64,000 nt of DNA from the human T2T-CHM13v2.0 reference genome, Homo sapiens. Below the pieces are notes generated by a model, which saw only the letters and a program-made list of their open reading frames with translations, searched no databases and was not told the DNA's origin. The DNA lies in the NCBI RefSeq assembly GCF_009914755.1, contig NC_060933.1; one strand, 5' to 3'. Positions 63,393 through 64,000 of the stretch are shown in pieces; position 1 is the stretch's first letter; each line of letters starts with the position of its first letter. The position numbers and the translations under genes are program-made.

Positions 63393-64000
63393 CGTGGTGT
63401 GAATAAGGTTATCAAACTCTCCCTTTCCACTGTCCCACAGAGGGGAAGGAAGGCTATTACCTTTCCCTGTGTATATTCTGTACTCTGAGTGCAGAAGTGT
63501 TTATTCTCTGAGATGCTAGAGCCCTATAAGGATGCAATTTCAATATACTCCAAGGCAGGGTCTTTACAGTTTGTAAAGCATATTTTATTCACTCTCTATG
63601 TTAATCTTTGTAGCAATTCTGGAAGGATTATTTTTACATCAATTTTCTATATGAAAAAATAGATTTTCAGAGAGAATCTTTCCCAAGGTTACACAGAACT
63701 GAGATTCAAAACCACATCTTCTAATGCTAATTCTCATGTTCTGAGTTTAGCTTGTATCACTTGTAAAGTTAAATAGCCGTTAAAAGGGGGGGACAAAAAG
63801 AGTGAATGAAACTTAGACTGAAACTCAAATAATCAAAAGATGAGAGCACAGAATGTGATTTAAAAATCCTTATGTTTAACATTTACAATTCAAAGTAAAT
63901 TGCACTGACTGTCTATATCTCAGTCAGATTGTAATACCACAAAAACACTTAACTCTCATCAAAGGCCAACAGAACATTGGTTGCTCTCAGCCGTTTGATT

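Overview
Hominoid (human/great-ape) non-coding genomic DNA, AT-rich and CpG-depleted, with many interspersed repeats. The clade follows from a full-length SVA plus Alu, L1PA, MSTA and MADE1 elements. I find no credible protein-coding exon: the ORF track reflects chance ORFs, repeat-derived ORFs and decayed L1 ORF1/ORF2, and I do not recognise the locus. Best-supported features are: a full-length SVA nested in the A-tail of an Alu (13957-15890), whose antisense Alu-like domain can fold back on the host Alu; a ~5 kb decayed old L1PA (47040-52072); a 34-nt tail-less U2 snRNA pseudogene with TSD (26673-26706); a MADE1 hairpin; several solo LTRs and Alus with TSDs; and a strong CTCF/YY1-like motif (7096-7115). 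A candidate minus-strand CCAAT/CACCC/TATA/Inr promoter followed by clustered strong splice donors (28.1-29.2 kb) suggests the 5' end of a spliced transcript, either a lncRNA or an alternative 5' UTR. No new biological system is demonstrable from sequence alone. Repeat subfamily names and boundaries are by-eye recognition, not RepeatMasker output.
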